Assembly (NCBI GenBank): GCA_964405895.1
Contig: CAYOPQ010000001.1
Coordinates: 1-61,412, forward strand
Direction: 5' to 3'
Length of the DNA: 61,412 nucleotides
Origin: an uncultured Bacteroides sp.
GTDB taxonomy: Bacteria > Bacillota > Clostridia > Oscillospirales > Acutalibacteraceae
The notes beneath the pieces were generated by a model. That model did no database searches. It was not told the origin of the DNA and saw nothing but the letters and a program-made list of their open reading frames with translations. Positions 46,694 through 55,435 of the stretch are shown one piece after another (positions within the stretch are counted from its first letter, which is position 1; each line of letters begins with the position of its first letter). Made by a program: the position numbers and the translations under genes.

Positions 46694-48946
46694 ATGAGAG
46701 TGGTAAAAGACATTGACGCGGGGTGGCTTTTTTCCAAGAAAGCCAAAGCCGCGCCCGAAACGCTTCCGTCAGACTGGGAAAAGGTTGACCTTCCGCATAC
46801 ATGGAACGGTAAGGATGGGCAGGACGGCGGAAATGACTATTACCGCGGCAAATGCTTTTATGCCAGAGAAGTATTGAAATCGGATTTTGACGGCGGAGAA
46901 GCCCATTATATCCAGTTCGACGCCGTCAATTCGAGTGCAGAGGTCTATTTCAACGGCGAAAAGCTTATCACGCACCACGGCGGTTATTCGGCGTTTCGTG
47001 TAAAAATAGAAGAAAAGAATATAAAAGAAAGCAATCTGCTTGTCGTTGCCGCGGATAACAGCCCGAACGATTTTGTCTATCCGCAAAACGCCGATTTCAC
47101 TTTCTACGGCGGCATTTATCGCGGTGTGAAAATCATCAATGCACCGAGCGTCCATTTTTCGCTTGATTACTGCGGCGCTCCCGGCATATCGGTAACGCCT
47201 AAGGTGAACGGAAACAGCGCCGATGTTACAGTAAAGGCTTATTGTGATTTTGAAGTCAATGTCAGATTTGAAATCTTAGATGCAAACAACGAGGTTGTTT
47301 GCAGCGCGACCGCTTCGGGGAAAGACCCGTCGCACACTTTTAACATCAGCCCTGTTCATCTCTGGAACGGTGTAAAAGATCCTTATTTATATACCGCAGT
47401 TGCAGAGATTTTAGACGACGGCGCGGATAAAATATCCTGCCGTTTCGGCTGCCGTTCTTTTTATATGGATCCGGATAAAGGTTTTTTCCTCAACGGCGTT
47501 TCGTATCCTCTTCGCGGTGTTTCAAGGCATCAGGACAGACCTGAAATCGGCAACGCCCTGAAGTACGAGCACCATAAAGAGGATATAGACCTTATTTGCG
47601 AGGTCGGCGCCAACACCGTTCGGCTTGCGCATTATCAGCATGCACAGGATTTTTATGATCTCTGCGACGAGCGCGGTCTTGTTGTTTGGGCGGAGATACC
47701 GTATATTTCAAATCATATGCCCGCAGGCAGAGAAAATACGGTTTCGCAGATGACAGAGCTGATTTGCCAGAATTACAATCACCCCTGCATCGTGACCTGG
47801 GGGCTTTCGAACGAAATCACAATGGGCGGCGCGGCCGATAAAGATCTTCTTGAAAATCACCGCATCCTTAATGATCTTGTTCATAAGCTTGACCCTACGC
47901 GGCCGACAACTATGGCGGTGCTTACAATGTGCGCCCCGTCCGAAGAGATTACCGGCATAACGGACATTCTTTCCTATAACCATTATTTCGGCTGGTACGG
48001 CGGAAATGTGGATATGTACGGCCCGTGGTTTGATAAGTATCATAAAAAATATCCGAACCGTGTAATCGGGTTAAGCGAATACGGCTGTGAGGCGCTTGAC
48101 TGGCATACATCTGCGCCTGAACAGGGTGATTATACGGAGGAATATCAGGCGTATTATCACGAGGCGCTTATTAAACAGATTGCGGCGCGCCCTTATCTGT
48201 GGGCTACGCATGTATGGAATATGTTTGATTTTGCCGCTGACGCCCGTGCCGAGGGCGGCGAAAACGGAATGAATCACAAAGGGCTTGTCACTTTTGACAG
48301 GAAATATAAAAAAGATTCCTTTTACGCCTATAAAGCTTGGCTTTCGGATGACCCGTTTGTTCATATTTGCTCAAAAAGATATGTTGAGAGGGCAGAGGAG
48401 GAAACGCTTGTTACCGTTTACTCCAATCTGGATTATGTTGAGCTGTACGCAAACGGCGAGCTTGTTGAAAAGCAGGCTAAGGGAGATTTCCCGTTTTTTA
48501 AGTTTACGGTTAAGAACAGCGGCGAAACCGCGCTTTTGGCAAAATCCGGCGAATATTCAGACGAAGCGCTGATAATCAAGACGGATACTTTTAATGAAAA
48601 GTACAGAATGCAAGAGGAAGGCGCGGTCATTAACTGGTTTGAAATTACAACGCCTCCGGGCAGATATTCCGTTAATGACACGATAGGGGATATATTTTCC
48701 ACATTCAAGGGCAAGATATTTGCCGTTCGTTTCCTTCTCATGCTTTTCAAAGCCTTTTCTTCGGGTTCGGGAAACAAGAAGAAAAAGGCTTCACTAAGCT
48801 TTGCCGGCTTCAAGCTGAATTCAACGATGCTTGATATGGCTAAGGCGTTTACGCTTAAAAGAGCGCTTATGATGCTGGGCGGCAAATTTTCAAAGGAAGA
48901 TATTTTAAAAATAAATTCCATGCTGAATAAAATAAAAAAGAAATAA
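46694..48946 (+). CDS. Glycoside hydrolase family 2 (beta-galactosidase-like)
   Basis: LPHTWN, ADFTFYGGIYR, GVSRHQD, RLAHYQH, WGLSNE, SEYG, WNMFDF, NHKGLVTFDR. Confidence 0.92.
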   Translation: MRVVKDIDAGWLFSKKAKAAPETLPSDWEKVDLPHTWNGKDGQDGGNDYYRGKCFYAREVLKSDFDGGEAHYIQFDAVNSSAEVYFNGEKLITHHGGYSAFRVKIEEKNIKESNLLVVAADNSPNDFVYPQNADFTFYGGIYRGVKIINAPSVHFSLDYCGAPGISVTPKVNGNSADVTVKAYCDFEVNVRFEILDANNEVVCSATASGKDPSHTFNISPVHLWNGVKDPYLYTAVAEILDDGADKISCRFGCRSFYMDPDKGFFLNGVSYPLRGVSRHQDRPEIGNALKYEHHKEDIDLICEVGANTVRLAHYQHAQDFYDLCDERGLVVWAEIPYISNHMPAGRENTVSQMTELICQNYNHPCIVTWGLSNEITMGGAADKDLLENHRILNDLVHKLDPTRPTTMAVLTMCAPSEEITGITDILSYNHYFGWYGGNVDMYGPWFDKYHKKYPNRVIGLSEYGCEALDWHTSAPEQGDYTEEYQAYYHEALIKQIAARPYLWATHVWNMFDFAADARAEGGENGMNHKGLVTFDRKYKKDSFYAYKAWLSDDPFVHICSKRYVERAEEETLVTVYSNLDYVELYANGELVEKQAKGDFPFFKFTVKNSGETALLAKSGEYSDEALIIKTDTFNEKYRMQEEGAVINWFEITTPPGRYSVNDTIGDIFSTFKGKIFAVRFLLMLFKAFSSGSGNKKKKASLSFAGFKLNSTMLDMAKAFTLKRALMMLGGKFSKEDILKINSMLNKIKKK

Positions 48947-48947
48947 C

Positions 48948-48987
48948 AAAAAAGGGCTGCCTTGCTGAAATTTAAGGCAGTCCTTTA
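48948..48987. terminator. Bidirectional terminator
   Basis: aaagggctgcctt ... aaggcagtccttt between convergent genes. Confidence 0.8.
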
Positions 48988-49005
48988 TTAATGGCTATGT
49001 ATTCT

Positions 49006-49929
49006 TTATTTCCAGCTCTGAATGATAGACGGGTTTTTGAAAATCTCATTCAGTCTTTTAAGCATAGGCACGCAGTCGCCGTAATCAAGCGCGCGGTGGT
49101 CGATCGCGCAGGTAATCGTAATGGTTGACCTTATTTCAGCTTTTTCTTTTCCGTTATCATCGGTGATAACCCACGGTTTTTTCTGAATTGCGCCTATACA
49201 AAATGCCGTTGTCTGCGGCGGTATAATATCCAAAAGATAGCAGGTGCTGTTGTACTCGCGGCCGATAGAGCCGATATTTGAAATCGTTGTGGTGCCCTGC
49301 TCAATATCGTGCTTTGAAAGCCTGTCCTTAGAAGGAATGGAATAATATTCTTTCTTGGCCCTTCCGCTGAGCACATTTACTTGATGTTTGCCGGGCATTC
49401 TTGCTCCGTATAATCTGCCTAAAGCCTGGATCAGCTTTCCGTGTTTAAGCCCTTTCAGCGTGTCGCTCATAGACACCTGATACATAACCTCTTCCATATT
49501 ACTGTTGTTGGCTCTGCGGATCGTATCGTTGATAGCCTCCGCCATTTCGGTAAGAGATTTATTGCCCATATCGTGCATATTAACCGTCATCATTTCGCCC
49601 GATTTTAAGACCATCGGCATGGAAATATCAATATTGTCATGATAGTAAAGTGTGCCGCGAACAAGGCTGCCCTTGAATTTAATCGTTGTATTCATTTTAG
49701 GCGCGGCTTTCATGCCCTCGCATAAAATCTTGAGCATAACGGTGTTTATGCTGACTTTTTTGCTTTTATCCGTTACGCCCTCGTTTATTTTCTTCAGTTC
49801 CTTGAGAAGATCGGTTACATCCGCTTCATAACCTACGGCGGCATGCGGTATTTCCTTCCAACTCATGGTAGTCATGTTCGCAATGATTTTTCTTGTGATG
49901 TTGAAATGTTCGGTTTTGTAAATTGCCAT
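49006..49929 (-). CDS. Stand-alone 2-oxoacid dehydrogenase E2-type acyltransferase catalytic domain
   Basis: RKIIA..T..SW.EIPH, ADVT, GTTTISNIGS, IIPPQ, DHRALDYG; no lipoyl or E3-binding domain. Confidence 0.85.
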   Translation of the reverse strand: MAIYKTEHFNITRKIIANMTTMSWKEIPHAAVGYEADVTDLLKELKKINEGVTDKSKKVSINTVMLKILCEGMKAAPKMNTTIKFKGSLVRGTLYYHDNIDISMPMVLKSGEMMTVNMHDMGNKSLTEMAEAINDTIRRANNSNMEEVMYQVSMSDTLKGLKHGKLIQALGRLYGARMPGKHQVNVLSGRAKKEYYSIPSKDRLSKHDIEQGTTTISNIGSIGREYNSTCYLLDIIPPQTTAFCIGAIQKKPWVITDDNGKEKAEIRSTITITCAIDHRALDYGDCVPMLKRLNEIFKNPSIIQSWK

Positions 49930-49953
49930 AATTTATTTATTGCTCCCTATTAT

Positions 49954-50021
49954 TAAAGTGTTGTTGATCTAATAAGACCAACAACACTTTACATTATATA
50001 CCGTATTTATCAAAAATGCAA
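49954..50021 (-). promoter_or_regulatory. Promoter of the E2-like gene with a 13-bp-arm inverted repeat at the start site
   Basis: Minus strand TTGCAT (50021-50016), 17 bp, TATAAT (49998-49993); IR taaagtgttgttg (49954-49966) / caacaacacttta (49979-49991). Confidence 0.65.
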
Positions 50022-50057
50022 TAGTTTTTTTATACACAATGTTAGAATTGTAAAAAT

Positions 50058-51386
50058 TTATTCATCAAATTCGCCCATATAACCGTCAAACGCTTTTTCG
50101 CCGAATCTTTTTTCAAACTCTTCGCACAGCTGACGCCTGAAATTCGGGTGCGCAATTTTAATCAGCGCGCGCGCTCTGTTTTTGAGTGTTTTTCCTTTCA
50201 AATTTGCAATTCCGTATTCTGTAACTACAAAATTCACATCATTACGAGTGGTTGTTACCGCGGAATTTTTCGTAATTGTCGGCACAATTTTTGAAATCGT
50301 GTTATTTTTTGTGGTTGAGGGCATCGCAATGATAGATTTGCCGCCCTTGCTCATGGTGGCGCCGCGCACAAAATCGACCTGACCGCCGACGCCGGAAAAT
50401 TGCGTGAGACCGATGGTATCGGAAACCACCTGACCCATTAAATCTACCTGGAGGCAGGAATTGACAGAAACCATATTATCGTTCAACGCAATGTTCGGCG
50501 GATAATTCACATAATCTATCGGGTACATTTCAACATCCGGATTATCATTTATATAATTAAACAGCTTCGTTGTTCCGAACGCGAATCCCAAAACCGTTTT
50601 ACCGGTGTGCGTTTGCTTCTTTGAATTGTTTATAACGCCGCTTTTCAGTAAATCAACGACTCCGTCGCCAACCATCTCCGAATGAAGCCCAAGGTCTTTT
50701 TTGCCTTTCAACTCCTCGCATATCGCATTCGGAATGCCGCCGATTCCAAGCTGAAGGCAATCGCCGTCGTTGATAAGCGAAGCGCAGTTTCTGCCGATTG
50801 CTTTTTCAACCTCTGTAAGCGGGGGGGAGGGAACCTCCGGCAGCGGTTCGTCTATCTCAACAAAGTAATCGAATTCACTGATATGCTTCCTTGCCTTACC
50901 GTAGGTCCTCGGAACATATTTGTTCACCTGCGCGATTTTCACCTCGCAGAACGAAAGCGTTGGCTCAATATAATCAACATTGGTTCCCAAGGAAACATAG
51001 CCGTTTTCGTCCGGCGGGCATACAGAATAGATTGCCACGCGCGGCTTAACAATTTCCTTGAGTACTTTCGGTATTTCATAAAAGAAACAGGTTGTAAAAT
51101 CCGCAATGCCGCTTGAAATGGCTTTTCTGTTGCTTGCGGACGCAAAAAAGCTGTTGTAGCTGATATGGCCCTTCATTTCCTCTCGTATCCAAGGCGTATC
51201 CACAAGAATCAGCATATTCAGGATTTGAACATCTTTATAGTTGAGATAATTTTTCTCAATAGCTCTTTCGATTCCGATAGGCTCGCAGCAGCCGAACGCG
51301 GTTACAACCCGGTCTCCGTTTTTTATTAACGCCGCCGCTTCCTGAGCCGTTATCAGCTTGCTTTTATATTCTTTTTCATACTTCAT
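50058..51386 (-). CDS. Acetyl-CoA hydrolase/transferase family (4-hydroxybutyrate or butyryl-CoA transferase-like)
   Basis: LQLGIGGIP, HSEM (catalytic Glu), SGVGGQVDFVRGA, VVTEYG, LIKIAHPNFR. Confidence 0.93.
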   Translation of the reverse strand: MKYEKEYKSKLITAQEAAALIKNGDRVVTAFGCCEPIGIERAIEKNYLNYKDVQILNMLILVDTPWIREEMKGHISYNSFFASASNRKAISSGIADFTTCFFYEIPKVLKEIVKPRVAIYSVCPPDENGYVSLGTNVDYIEPTLSFCEVKIAQVNKYVPRTYGKARKHISEFDYFVEIDEPLPEVPSPPLTEVEKAIGRNCASLINDGDCLQLGIGGIPNAICEELKGKKDLGLHSEMVGDGVVDLLKSGVINNSKKQTHTGKTVLGFAFGTTKLFNYINDNPDVEMYPIDYVNYPPNIALNDNMVSVNSCLQVDLMGQVVSDTIGLTQFSGVGGQVDFVRGATMSKGGKSIIAMPSTTKNNTISKIVPTITKNSAVTTTRNDVNFVVTEYGIANLKGKTLKNRARALIKIAHPNFRRQLCEEFEKRFGEKAFDGYMGEFDE

Positions 51387-51518
51387 GTGTTTAACCTAAG
51401 CCTTTCAATACTTAATTTTTAAGTATTTATTTAATAGAATTGCATTATCTATTATTATATATTAACTCTTGTTTTATTTCAACATTCAGGCATCTTTCTA
51501 TAGATTTAGTTTAGAAAG

Positions 51519-52910
51519 TTAATATTCATAGCTCCAATTTTCCTCTGCCTGCGCAACCTTCAGCATAATCGCGCATTCTATCCGTTTTCTGTGCAGCTCG
51601 CAGCCGAATTCATATACGCCGCTCACCGAGCCCGCTGCGTGATAAGCGTTTGCCGCGCAACCGCCTGAGCAGTACAATTTCGCAAAGCAGTTTTTACACT
51701 CCTCATGAGAATAAACATTGCAGCTTTTAAATTTCTCAAGTATCCGGGGATTGGTAACGCCTTTCCAAATATCGCCGAGCAGAAATTTCCTGTCACCGAC
51801 AAACTGATGGCACGGGTAAAGCTCGCCGTCCGGAGTAACCGCCATATATTCGGTGCCTACTCCGCAGCCTGAAATCCTTTTAACGATACAGGGGCCGGAG
51901 TCAAGATCAATCATATAGTGATAAAATGTAAACCCTTTGCCGTTTCTGTATCTTCGCAGCATCTCGTTCGCAAGGATTTCGTACTGCTGCTTCAGCTGCG
52001 GCAAATCGCTTTCCCTGAGCGCGTAATCCTCGGTTGCGGCGCAGACAACCGGCTCTATGGATAATTCTTTAAAGCCCAGATCCGCCATATGTATCACATC
52101 GCCGGCAAAGTCCGTATTGTAATGCGTGTATGTGCCGCGTATATAATAATCCTTTTGATTTCTTGCCTGCGCAAATTTCTGGAATTTGTCTATAATCAAG
52201 TCGTAAGAGCCTGTTTTGCTTCGCGTTATCCGCATTCGGTCATGCGTTTCTTTTCTGCCGTCTAAGGACAAAACAACATTACCCATCTCTCTGTTGCAGA
52301 AATCTATGATTTCATCATTGAGCAGTATGCCGTTTGTTGTTACTGTAAACCGAAAGTTTTTGTTGCATTCCTTTTCTCGGCTCCTGCCGTATTCAACAAG
52401 CTTTTTGCACACATCCCAGTTCAGCAGGGGTTCTCCGCCGAAAAAATCCACTTCCAGATTTCGCCTTGAACCGCTCTGCTCAATCAGAAAATCCAGCGCT
52501 CTTTTGCCGGTTTCATAGCTCATTATGCCCTTGGGTCCGGAATATTCGCCTTTCCCGGCAAAGCAGTATTTACAGGCAAGGTTGCAGTCATGGGCAACAT
52601 GCAGGCATATGGCTTTCAGCACGCCCTGCCTTTTTTTGAAGTCCGGCGCGGCGCTTTCAAAATTATCTTCCGAAAAAAGCCGTCCGTCTTTTTTCAGCGC
52701 CTCAATATCTTCAAAGCATAAGTCTATATCCTGCGGCGTAACATCCGCGCGATCCTTATATTTATAAAGTATACGCGCCTTAAGCGCCTTTTTATCAGCG
52801 CCTTCGTATTCGGTTATAATATCGTAGGCAACATCGTCAACAGAGTGGACGCATCCGCTGTTTTGGTCAATAATGATATTATAGCCGTTCATCTTGTATG
52901 CATGGATCAT
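51519..52910 (-). CDS. scfB: Radical SAM/SPASM SCIFF (ranthipeptide) maturase
   Basis: N-terminal RRE-like region, CNLACKYC, DFFGGEP, SPASM CGVG...CHQF...CKNCFAKLYCSGGCAANAY; follows the SCIFF precursor. Confidence 0.96.
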   Translation of the reverse strand: MIHAYKMNGYNIIIDQNSGCVHSVDDVAYDIITEYEGADKKALKARILYKYKDRADVTPQDIDLCFEDIEALKKDGRLFSEDNFESAAPDFKKRQGVLKAICLHVAHDCNLACKYCFAGKGEYSGPKGIMSYETGKRALDFLIEQSGSRRNLEVDFFGGEPLLNWDVCKKLVEYGRSREKECNKNFRFTVTTNGILLNDEIIDFCNREMGNVVLSLDGRKETHDRMRITRSKTGSYDLIIDKFQKFAQARNQKDYYIRGTYTHYNTDFAGDVIHMADLGFKELSIEPVVCAATEDYALRESDLPQLKQQYEILANEMLRRYRNGKGFTFYHYMIDLDSGPCIVKRISGCGVGTEYMAVTPDGELYPCHQFVGDRKFLLGDIWKGVTNPRILEKFKSCNVYSHEECKNCFAKLYCSGGCAANAYHAAGSVSGVYEFGCELHRKRIECAIMLKVAQAEENWSYEY

Positions 52911-52926
52911 AACTTCTCTCCCAAAG

Positions 52927-52955
52927 AAAAACGGCGGTAGGAATACCGCCATTTT
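52927..52955 (-). terminator. Hairpin between scfA and scfB (partial terminator or mRNA stabiliser)
   Basis: ggcggta-ggaa-taccgcc with an adjacent A-run (U-tract on the minus strand). Confidence 0.6.
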
Positions 52956-52967
52956 GAATTGAAATCA

Positions 52968-53114
52968 TTATTTCTTAAGCTGTTCACACTTCTGATTCGC
53001 AACGGAGCAGGAAGTTTTGCTTGCGGACTGGCAAGAGGTCTGGCACTCGCCGCAGCCGCCTTTTACGGCAGATTCGCAAAGATTGCGTGAGCTTAATGTT
53101 TTGATTCTTTTCAT
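52968..53114 (-). CDS. scfA: SCIFF ranthipeptide precursor (variant)
   Basis: Translates to MKRIKTLSSRNLCESAVKGGCGECQTSCQSASKTSCSVANQKCEQLKK; GAGG RBS; below the ORF-track size cut-off. Confidence 0.96.
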   Translation of the reverse strand: MKRIKTLSSRNLCESAVKGGCGECQTSCQSASKTSCSVANQKCEQLKK

Positions 53115-53162
53115 ATCTAAACCTCATTTCTTTTCTAATATGTTTTAATATATTTTATATTA

Positions 53163-54482
53163 TTATTCCTTTTTTGTCAATATACTGCGCGGAAGTAATT
53201 TACCCGTGCCGGTTACTTCCGCCCCCTTTGCCGTAAGGGAGGTAATGAAATGTATATGCTTTTCCGTGATAACCTCATTCGGCAGGATAACGGGTATTCC
53301 GGGCGGGTATAAATAAACAAATTCTGCGCAGACCCTGCCTTCGCTGTTTTCCAGCGCTGCATATTCCGTTTCGTTCAGGTCTGTGCTGAAGCAATATTCG
53401 CCGTCCTCATATCTGCGCTGCGGAATCACATCCTTATTGCAGTCCGTGAGTCTGCCGTCGATTTCCATAATCGCGCGGGACAGCTTTTTGTATACCGTAA
53501 AGTCATCGCACACCGTTGCCATAAGTATGACATGCCTAAGCTCTGCCGCCTCACATTCAAAGCCGTATTCCTTTCGCAAAATATCCGCAAGCTCCATTCC
53601 CGTTATGCCTGTACGGGCAGCAGAAATATTGATTTTGCTGATATCCTCCGAAACCATCAGCTGTAAATGCTTCGGCTTCGTCTGCTTGTAAAAAGATGTC
53701 AAAGCCGAATAAAACGCTTCAAAATTTTCTTTGCCGTTCTTTAAAAATTGCGCGCAGATGCTGGCGCTGTTCATCAAAACATAGCTTGGTGAGCTTGTTT
53801 CAAAAATATCAATATAATACCGAAACGGCATAATATATTTGCTGTCATAGATGTTGGCAACTGCCGTTTGCGTAAGCGCGGGCAGGGTTTTATGTATGCT
53901 TGAAATCACTATGCTTCCCTTAGGATAATTGTGCCCGCGGCCAAAAAAAGGCAGGTGCGCGCCGTGCGCCGCGTCAACGATTACGGGTATTTTTGCCTCT
54001 ATTTCGCTTATATACCCTTCATATGTAGGGCTTGTGTATATCAGAAGCTTCGCGTCCGGGTGCAGGCGCATGACCCTGTTCACTTCTTCTTCCTCAAGAT
54101 ATGTGAAAATACCGTTTTCGCTGTCATACTGCGGCTGCGCGATAACGGTTTTCAGCTTTCTCAGCGCGCAGGCGTTATAAACGCTTTTATGGCAGTTCGC
54201 GGCAATAATGACTTTATCTCCGCAGCTTGTCATTGCAAAAACAGCGGCAAGAATACCTACGGTCGAGCCGTTTACAAGCAGGAAAGCGCTTTCGCTGCCG
54301 TACAGCTTTTTATATGTGTCCTGAACTTCAGCGATTGTTCCATGTGCATTTTGAAGATTATCATAGCCTTCTATTTCCGTAATGTCAATTTCAGAGCCCG
54401 TAATACCGAAATTTTCGTTTCGCTTGTGTCCCGGCATATGGAAAGGGTATGTGTGCAGATTTTTTAATTCGTCATGCAGCAT
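53163..54482 (-). CDS. Orn/Lys/Arg decarboxylase family PLP enzyme
   Basis: PFHMPGHK, LVNGSTVG, NCHKS, TSPTYEG, VDAAHGAH, SIHKTLP, TSSPSY, YPPGIP. Confidence 0.9.
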   Translation of the reverse strand: MLHDELKNLHTYPFHMPGHKRNENFGITGSEIDITEIEGYDNLQNAHGTIAEVQDTYKKLYGSESAFLLVNGSTVGILAAVFAMTSCGDKVIIAANCHKSVYNACALRKLKTVIAQPQYDSENGIFTYLEEEEVNRVMRLHPDAKLLIYTSPTYEGYISEIEAKIPVIVDAAHGAHLPFFGRGHNYPKGSIVISSIHKTLPALTQTAVANIYDSKYIMPFRYYIDIFETSSPSYVLMNSASICAQFLKNGKENFEAFYSALTSFYKQTKPKHLQLMVSEDISKINISAARTGITGMELADILRKEYGFECEAAELRHVILMATVCDDFTVYKKLSRAIMEIDGRLTDCNKDVIPQRRYEDGEYCFSTDLNETEYAALENSEGRVCAEFVYLYPPGIPVILPNEVITEKHIHFITSLTAKGAEVTGTGKLLPRSILTKKE

Positions 54483-55047
54483 TTGTATGCACCTTTTTTC
54501 TTTGCTTTGAATCGTTTACATAAATGCTTACGGGCATAGCGGCAAGCGCAAATATAACGGGCAGACCTTCAATCAGAGCCGTTTGCTTATAAATGATAAG
54601 CAGAATCAGGTCGGCTGTTGAAATTGTGCCGACTGCTACGGTTAGCACGGCATTAAATTTACTGATTTTAAAACCGCTTAAATAGGTTATAAAAACAGCG
54701 ATTGCCGTGCATACGGAAAAGGTAAGCGAACCGGCGCAGTGCATGAAATACTGAAATTTCAAGGAATAATCAAATTTGAAAACAACGGTAAAGATTATCC
54801 CTATAAGAGCGGCAGACGCCGCAACAAAATGAAAACGCGTTACTTTTTGTAAACACCCGGCAAGCATAAATATATTCGTATACAGCGATATGTAAGCGAG
54901 CAGCCCCCAAATAAAAAACAAAAACGGCTGTTCGATGCCGGTTTTGGATAGCGCGCCTTCATTGGTTGTCAAATCATTTAGGCTCATAAAATAAACCGTA
55001 AAAATGATTGCCGAAATACTGAGCAGTGCGTTGATAATCTTTTTCAT
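54472..55047 (-). CDS. Uncharacterised membrane protein
   Basis: About six TM helices; overlaps the decarboxylase start; GAGG RBS. Confidence 0.75.
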   Translation of the reverse strand: MKKIINALLSISAIIFTVYFMSLNDLTTNEGALSKTGIEQPFLFFIWGLLAYISLYTNIFMLAGCLQKVTRFHFVAASAALIGIIFTVVFKFDYSLKFQYFMHCAGSLTFSVCTAIAVFITYLSGFKISKFNAVLTVAVGTISTADLILLIIYKQTALIEGLPVIFALAAMPVSIYVNDSKQRKKVHTNAA

Positions 55048-55094
55048 TGCCGTCCTCTATTGGAAATTATGTAAAATATTATATAATATTAAGA

Positions 55095-55123
55095 TTGACT
55101 TTTCAAGCTACTTGTGGTAATAT
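55095..55123 (+). promoter_or_regulatory. Promoter of tRNA-Leu
   Basis: TTGACT-17 bp-TAATAT with TG extension. Confidence 0.6.
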
Positions 55124-55184
55124 ACCGTTGTTGCGATTCATTTGCGGGTATATATGCCGTAATGTTTTTGTGAAAATTTGATAT

Positions 55185-55271
55185 GCGGAAGTGGCGGAAT
55201 CGGCAGACGCGCTAGATTCAGGTTCTAGTGAAAGCAATTTCATGAGGGTTCAAGTCCCTTCTTCCGCACCA
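55185..55271 (+). tRNA. tRNA-Leu (CAG)
   Basis: gcggaag...ctaga-tt-CAG-gt-tctag, long variable arm, ggttcaagtcc, cttccgc-a-cca; 87 nt. Confidence 0.97.
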
Positions 55272-55276
55272 GTGTT

Positions 55277-55316
55277 AAAAGAAGTCAATTGTTTTTGGAT
55301 GATTGGCTTCTTTTTT
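55277..55316 (+). terminator. Terminator after tRNA-Leu
   Basis: aaaagaagtcaat ... attggcttctttttt. Confidence 0.75.
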
Positions 55317-55435
55317 CAGGGAATTATTAGTTTTACCTATGATATAGTTAGAAATGACTATATTTTTAGGTATTTGTTGACAGCGGCTGTTTAATATTAT
55401 AGTATATTGAAGATTTATTTTTAAATGGTGTTTGT

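Noticed and set aside
55191-55394. 67-aa ORF
   Set aside because: Overlaps tRNA-Leu(CAG) and its terminator.
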